A DNA stretch of 33,018 nucleotides from Octopus bimaculoides. Taxonomy: Eukaryota. The notes beneath the pieces are model-generated. The model did not search any database and was not told where the DNA came from. It saw only the letters and a list, made by a program, of their open reading frames with translations. Made by a program: the position numbers and the translations under genes. Shown piece by piece: positions 23,201-31,738 of the stretch (positions within the stretch are counted from its first letter, which is position 1; the number at the start of each line of letters is the position of its first letter). Location of the stretch: contig NC_068991.1 of NCBI RefSeq assembly GCF_001194135.2, forward strand, positions 60,618,814 through 60,651,831. The letters run 5' to 3'.

Positions 23201-26200
23201 TCAAAGGAGCAGAAATGACGTACTACAAAAGAATTTAAAGGTAATGTAATTCAAGGGTAAAGTAAAAAATATCTATGAATCAGATACTCCAAATCAGTCC
23301 TCTTGTTGTTTGTTATTGTTAATTTTATTGATTGTTTATTAGATTTGACTATATATACATATAAATACATACATATATATATATATATATTGCCGGGAGC
23401 TTATATGCCCCATTATTAGACTATTTTTGTTAGTCATTGCATGGTGATCACTATAAGCTTTAAACTTAAAAAATACCTTTATTATTTACAGGATTGTAAA
23501 ACTCGGCACCGTATAACAAAACCATTCACACCGAAAGCAAATACACGCACACACACACACATACATATGTATGTGTAAAAATTAACACTTCCTTCTCCTT
23601 CTCGAAACCGAATCTAAGAATTCTCGGTCGTCCAAACCACCACGATCAACAGGTGCGAAAACAGGTTTTCTTTGTCCTGTCAAAAAGTGATTGATCATCT
23701 CCCTTTAACCTTCGACCTAAGGCCATGTCAGGCGAAGTTCAAATGGACAGGAGCTGACCTATTTAGGTACAAACCCTGCTGCAGTATGTCTGTCTTTCTA
23801 GCTGCCACGATTCTTATAAATTCAGTGGTCAATAAGACAGAGGGGAGAGAAGGTCCTGGCAGCCAAACAAGGAAGCTCTACGGCACAACAGGTTTTGGCG
23901 ACAGCAGAGACCAGAACAATGTTCCAAGTTCCACGGTAGACGACTGTATCAGATGACTACATACACACACACACAAACATATATTCAATTGTGACATACC
24001 ATTTCCACAGATGTACCCTGTTTTTATTTGTAGCAACTCGTAGCAGTTGTCAACATTTTGCATGTAGTGAAGAATTATGTGTACCAACGACAAATTAAGT
24101 CTGGTGAATAAATTATATTTTAATTATGAATCGATTCACTCATTTGTTTACTTCAAAGGCATACACATTCTTTTTGCATCTGTTTACCACCATACACATC
24201 TAACCACTACATTTGAAAACACTTATGTATGCAAACACAAACTTAGTCTTACAAATTTCTTTATTATGTTGGCAGTTCTGAATAATTCCATGAGTAGTGA
24301 AATAATTCTGTGAGAAACAAACCTGTGACATTTGACTCCAGATCTACAGGTACCTCTTCTTCATCCTCTGCTTCTGAAGAAGAAAAAGAAAATGAAAAAG
24401 AAAGACTGAAAGCAAAAAGCAATTGAATAATAAACCTGAGCTAGTCTCAGCAACAACTGTAACTTGTCTACTTTAAACACAAAAGTTAAATCTCTTTGAA
24501 ATCACTCCATGTCATTTTGAGAGAAGAAGAAAACACTGAATGAGGTAGAAATGGACGGTATGTATGAATAATAGATGGGATGATCATGCCTGAAATACTT
24601 TTCCTGTATGAATAGGTTCAGTAAACTTTTTAATAGGTACGCCTTAAGAGTTTCCTTTAGCTGTGTCCTTAGTGTAAAAAGAAGATATTAGTAGGCAGAC
24701 CCACACCCGAGACAGCGGAAGAATGCTCATGTAGAGGTAACACCATATGTCTCCTTAATGGCCACTGTAACAGGGAAACAGTTGCATATGAGACAGAGGT
24801 AACATCAAAAGGCCCAAACAGGCAACCAAATGTGTAGAAGTATATGGGAGCAATAGAAATTCCCTTCAGAGCCAGTTTCAACAGCCATATGTCCTCCTAA
24901 TATCCCAGAGAGATGAAATGCCACAGCCCTGGCCAAGCACATATAGTCATTAAAGAAAAACTCTGTACAATACAGAGTGGAGAATCTTAGAGAAGAGCAA
25001 AACTTATTTTAGTTGCAGCAGAGAATGCAGATTATGTTTAGCTGATAAAAAAGCCCACACATCTATCTAAACTGCAGAAGTGAGATTTTTAATCCTTGCC
25101 CACATGAAAGAAGGTATATTTTATTGTACCTATAGGCTCCATCATGACTATAATCAGCAGTTCTCCATCTTCAGCTCTTTCATCACCATATTCTGAGAAC
25201 CTTGTTAGGATTTTAACCAAAACATACAAACGGACACACTCAGACACATATGTACCCTTACATGGGATTAAGCATTTGAACACCTGCCTATCCCCCACAA
25301 AACCCCTACACACATTCCAACTCTATATGAATACTAACCCTAGCCCCTACACAGAAAAAATTCTTGCAGACTTACAGCATCTCAGAGACCTTTGGGGTCA
25401 AGGGACATAACTCGATATCTTAATATAACTCTTGCCGAGTTTGTTTTGTCTTTTTTCACAATATCCACAAACTGGATGTGTTTTTTCAGCTCCAATAACA
25501 GAGAACAGTCACAGTATATTTTTTCCATATCTGCCAGTTCTGACGAACATGTGGTATTGCTTAACCATGCTATTATCTAACATCTGGTTTAGTATCTAGA
25601 GTGAAACCAACTGTTAAAATCAGCCACAATGAATATATAATACTGTACACTTCAATTAATATACATAGATATATGTGTGTATGTATGTATGCGTATATGT
25701 ATATATATATATATATATGCATGTATGTATGTAGGTGTTAGATAAGTATAGATAAATATGTAATTATGTATGTGGTTATGACGGCAAGGGTTCCAATTGA
25801 TCCGATCAACGGAACAGCCTACTCGTGAAATTAATGTGCAAGTGGCTGAGCAATCCACAGACATGTGTACCCTTAATTTAGTTCTCAGGAGATTTAGCAT
25901 GACACGTAGTTCTCAGGAGATTTAGAGTGTGACAAGGCTGGCCTTTTGAAATACAGGTACAACAGAAACAGGGAGAAAGAGTGAGAGAAGGTTGTGGTGA
26001 AAGAGTACAGCAGGGTTCGTCACCGCCCTCTGCCGGAGCCTCATAGAGCTTTAAGTGTTTTCACTCAATAAAGACTCACAACACTCAATCTGGGAATCGA
26101 AATCACGATCCTACGACTGCAAGTCCGCTGCCCTAACCACTGGGCCATTGCGCCTCCACTATGTGTGTATACATAAATATACACATACGCATGTGTTTGT

Positions 26201-29200
26201 ATACACACACATGAACACACACACACAAGCACTTGCACCCATGCACACTTCTTCGCAGCACTGGCAGTTCTGTCCATTACCATGAGTAGTCAAGTAATTA
26301 ATTTTCTCAGAAACACACCTCCGGTAGAAGATCGAGCATCTTTATCAACAGCTTCCTCAACAGCTTCCTCAACAGCTTCCTCAACAGCTTCATCAACTGC
26401 TTCATCAATGACTTCTAAAGAAGAAGAAAAAAGAAGAAAGATTGAAAAGAAAACAATTGAATAATAACTTCTACATACCTTCATTTTCTCGGTTCATACC
26501 TTGCAACAAATTATTTACACACACATGCACACACACACACAAACATATATACAGACACAGGTATGGCTGCGTGGTAAGGATGCTTTTTTCCTAACCATAT
26601 GGCTTTGGGTTCTCATCCACTGTGTGACACCTTGGGAATATCTTTTCTACTATAGCCCCGGGGCATCCCAAAGCTTTGTGAGTTGATCTGGTAGATGGAA
26701 ACTGGAAAAAGCCCATAGTGTGTATATGTGTGTGTAATTTTACAGTTTAATGTGAAATTGTTTTTATTATAATGACATAACACAAAGGTGGTGAGCTGGC
26801 AGAATCGTTAGCATGCTGGGTGAAATACTTAGTGGTATTTTGTCTGTCTTCACGTTCTGAGTTCAAATTCCACTGAGGTTGACTTATCCTTTCAGTGTCG
26901 ATAAATTAAGTACCAGTGAAACACTCGGGTGATGTAATCAACTAATCCTCTTCCCCAAAATGGCTACCCTTATGGCAAAATTTGAAATCATTATTTTTTA
27001 TTCCTTTATTTTATGTTTCAGTCATGTGACTGTGGCTGCCTTTAGTCAAACAAATTGACCCCAGGACTTATTCTTTGTAAGCCTAGTACTTATTTTATTG
27101 GTCTCTTTTGCCGAACCACTANNNNNNNNNNTTTATTGGTCTCTTTTGCCGAACCACTAAGTGACAGGGACGTAAACACACCAGCATCGGTTGTCAAGCA
27201 ATGGTGAGGGGACAAACTCAGACACACAAACACACACACATACATGTATACAATGGTCTTCTTTCAGTTTCCATCTACCAAATTCACTCACGAGGCTATA
27301 GTAGAAGACACTTGCCCAAGGTACCATGCAGTGGGACTGAACCTAGAACCATGTGGTTGGGAAGCAAGCTACTTACCACATAGCCACTCCTGTGCCAATG
27401 ACAACAAACAAATATGTAAGTGTGTATGATTTTTCTTTCAGTTTGATTTAAGATTTTTTAAGAGAGTTCAAGCTGGTCACTAACAAGGTGACAAGACTTT
27501 CATTTAAGGGAGTTCCTGGTGTTGATATGTGGTTGAGTTGGTATGCTGGTTGAGCTGTCGATACATACACCCGAGTATGTGTATCTATTCATCTAAAGAA
27601 TCTCAGAGAATTTTTGTTATGTCTTACAAATCTGCACTGTGCCTCTAATAGATTGCATTTGGAGAATCCACATCAGTTTATTTTTCTCTCTCTTCCATTT
27701 TGACTCAGTATTATCCTTTAGATCAGTCTCTTTTACTCCTGTCTGTTGGTGCAAGCTACTATGGCACAATATAGCAGGACATTTATTGTCAAAAAGCTAA
27801 GAATTTGGATTTGAGCTACTTGTTCTTGCACAGTTTTGTCAATTGCAGATAATACCACGTCAGCATCATCATCATCGTTCAACGTCCGCCTTCCATGCTA
27901 GCATGGGTTGGACGATTTGACTGAGGACTGGTGAACCAGATGGCTACACCAGGCTCCAATCTGATTTGGCAGAGTTTCTAAAGCTGGATGCCCTTCCTAA
28001 CGCCAACCACTCCGAGAGTGTAGTGGCTGCTTTTACATGCCACCGGCACAAAGGCCAGTCAGGCGGTACTGGCAACGGCCACACTCAAAATGATGTTTTT
28101 TATGTGCCACCTGCACAGGAGCCAGTCCAGCGGCACTGGCAACGACCTCGCTTGAATATTTTTTCACGTGCTACTGGCACAAGTGCCAATAAGGCGACGC
28201 TGGTAACGATCATGCTCAAATGGTGCTATTTACGTGCCTCTGGCATGGAAGCCAGACAGCTGCTCTGGCAATGATCATGCTCGGACAGTGCTCTGAGCGC
28301 TCCACTGGTACAGGTGCCATCACGATTTCGATTTCACTTGCCCCAACAGGTCTTCGCAAGCTGAGTTTAGTGTCCAATGAAGGAGAGGTTGGCATGGGTG
28401 CCGTGGGTTTTTTCTCAACTTGTGTCAGTATTGTTTTCTCATGTAGAGCCTTATGTATATAAGTTGTGAAGTTCTGCTTGAACTTTGATGCAAGCTGTGA
28501 TTTTAGTATTTTGTATTTCTCACATGTTTTTGTGGGATCATAAATTGTTGCCACATGTTCCTGTAGTGGTGGTTTATTATTGTGGTGTTCGGTTTGGTCA
28601 CACTTCTTGTCATTCACATTCTCTTCACAGAAAAAAAGTTACTGTGTTGTTAACACGAACATTATTATTTCTACATTTAGGCTGAATGATTTTGCTAGGT
28701 AGGGTGGCATATTTCTTTCTAACAAATGTAGTCATTAGTGTAATTGTTTTTCTGAAAAATTTGAGAATGTTAGGTATTTCTTATCCCATATTCTTTAAGT
28801 CTTTTCATGCAGCCTAACGCCAGATTATTTCATTGCAATGGTGAATGTATAGTAATTTTCCATGTAGTATGTATTTCAAAAAAGGTTGTTGCTTTGCTTT
28901 TACTCAAAGAAAATAACCATTTCTTTTACCAGGCTTGCATTAATGGCAATAATTATAGAGGATACTATTCATTAATTTGGGAGAATAAACAGTCCCCTAT
29001 GCCAACGTTTCTGGCCTATATTCAACACCATGATTGTGTGTGTGTGTGTGCGTGTGTGTGTGTGTGAGTGTGTGTGTGTGTGAGCCCTTGTCTTGATATC
29101 ATGTGATGGTTGTAGAGAAGCATCACTATCATATAAGTGGGGTTGTTTATTTCCAGTCTTCTGTAAAAACATGTCTGATTATGGAAAATACTACCTTGTT

Positions 29201-30764
29201 TGGAAATAAGTGAGGGTTAATGCCAAAAAAGGCATCTATCTGACCCATGTGAGTATAGGAAAGAGGATGTTAAATGATGATGGTGATATAAATATATTTG
29301 TGCATGTACACATATATATGTGTGTGCATGCATGTTATATACATATATATGTGCATGTGTTTATGTGTGTGTATATATAAACACACATGCGCGTGTGCGC
29401 GCGCACACACACACACACACTCATTGCTTTCCATCATGATGGTGGGTGTGCACGATATAATGAGTGGTTAGGAAATTAATTCTCTCAGTAACCTACCTGT
29501 GACAGTGGGCTGGACATCCAAAGGTGTCTCTTCTTTTTCAGCTGCTTCTGAAGAAGAAAAAGAAGGCAAAAGATTGGAAAGAAAACAGTTAAATAATAAT
29601 TGTTATGTAGTGGATCTTGCATGCACAAAGTGGATTTGATCCATCATAGCAAAATTTAAATTAACACTTCAACAGAACTTTTCCCATGGTGGAACAATGG
29701 TTTTTCTGTGACAGCAATTTTACATTCGCCAGATTGCCTTAGCTAGGCCAAAATAATGTCTTCACCACTTGACCCTTATAACCTCTTCTACTTCACCGAA
29801 ACCTAGAATAGAGATAACAAGACCACCAACTAAATCTATCGTTTTCAATGATATGTTTATCTTTCTGGATAGTTATAAAAGCAAGAGCCCCAAGCAAAAA
29901 GATAATCCAGTCACTTCGGTGACGACTCAACCAGTTAGTCACTTCAGTGACAACTCATTGAGAACGAAGTCTGGCTGACCAGCTAGAACCTTGGTCAGAG
30001 GGAGAAATCTTGGTGATAAGTCTGATCAATATCTTGAGCAGCTAGGTAATGGATATTCTCAGAAACCTACCTGCGACATCAAGTGTGTCTGCTTCATCAA
30101 CTGCTTCTGAAGAAGAAGAAAAAGAAGAAAAATTGAAAAGAAAGCAAATAATAAATGTCACACACCTTCATGTTTTTGGTCAGTACCCAGCAACAGATGA
30201 TGCACACATACATACATATAATTATTTTCAGGATCCAATAAAATTAAAGGGTTTTAATAACAAAAGTTGTTTGGGTAGACAAGAAATGTATGAACTGTAC
30301 TGTGATCGAGGTCAGCTGACCTGCTGATGTGAATATCTCTCTGAAAATCAAAGAGAAAGAAGGTAACTATGGACAACTGCTTCAAAACCTCCAGCTTCTA
30401 TATCCGGATTACAAATTTACATTTTTACTGATAATAATTGGTGCATTTGGTTTTGTAAGTAAACGCCTAACTTTCAGTCTGGATAAGCTTGGATTTTCAG
30501 GAAAAGAAATCAACCAACTAATTTACCCATTACGTATACAATCTGTAAGTAGAACAGCAAAACTATGCAAGACTTTTCTCAGGTTTAACATGTGACATTG
30601 TCTTCGTTATCTACATTTCAAAGATGGCGCTTTATATCTTTGACAGAAACCAGCCCTTTCTTCAGAGAAAGAGTTCAAAAGATTAAATACAGAAGAGACA
30701 TACATACATACATTCATACATTCATACATACATACATACATACATACATACATTCATACATTCA

Positions 30765-30795
<31 letters not shown>

Positions 30796-31707
30796 GAAGT
30801 GATATCAAAAAGTTCTCAGGTTAGTTCTGTAGCGCACCAACAGATAGCAGCACACAAATGCATGTGCTGTAAAAGTTAGCGGTGAGCTTCATGTGGCAGT
30901 GTGCCTAGTGATATCACTGTGTTTATTTCGCAAGTTGTGAAATTTGTGTTTTTGTGATCATGTGTATGCTGTAGCCTGTCATGGACAGGAACAAAACACC
31001 AATGTGAAATTTTGCATTAAACTTGGGAAGCGACGTTGAGCATGCTCTGGCAAGCTTATGACGACAAAGCAATGAGGTGTATGCAATGTTTCATGTGGCA
31101 CAGGTGATTCAAAAGCAGAAGAATGCCTTTGGAAGATGATGGGTGATCTGAAAGACCTGTCACAAGTGTCACTCTCAGAAATATGGTATTGTGCATTGAG
31201 AATTCGTCCCCCAGGGCCAGACCATCAAAGGAGAGTTCTACTGCAACGTTTTGAAACATTTGAGGAAGGACATTCAGCAAAAGTGACGGGATCCGTGGAG
31301 TGTGAAGAATTGGGTTCTTCATGATGACAAAGCACCCAGTCACTGAGCTCTCCTCACTCATGAGTTTCACACCAAAAACATGGTATTGCTTCCATACCCA
31401 CGCTATTCACCAGATTTAATACCTTCAGAATCCATCTCTTCTCCAAGATGAAAATGCAGCTCAAAGGTTGCTGTTTTAACACAGTTGTCAAGATCCAGAA
31501 GAATCACAGAAGGTCCTCAACTTGCTTACGGAAAATGACTTCCAGGCTGGATTCCAAAAGTGGCAGGAACACTGGGACTGGTGTATTGCTACACAAGGTG
31601 ACTATTTCGAAGGAGTTGATAATAAAACATAGGTAAATAAGTTATTTTTTTATTAAACGTAACTAGTCTGGGAACTTTTTAATACAACCTCATACATACA
31701 TATAAAT

Positions 31708-31738
<31 letters not shown>

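Noticed and set aside
25130-25192. Fifth possible phase-1-symmetric acidic exon ([21 protein letters not shown], 63 nt, AG/GT bounded)
   Set aside because: Weak pyrimidine tract, none of the shared flank homology of the four sister exons, and it abuts the Penelope relic. It could be chance; only RNA-seq would rescue it.
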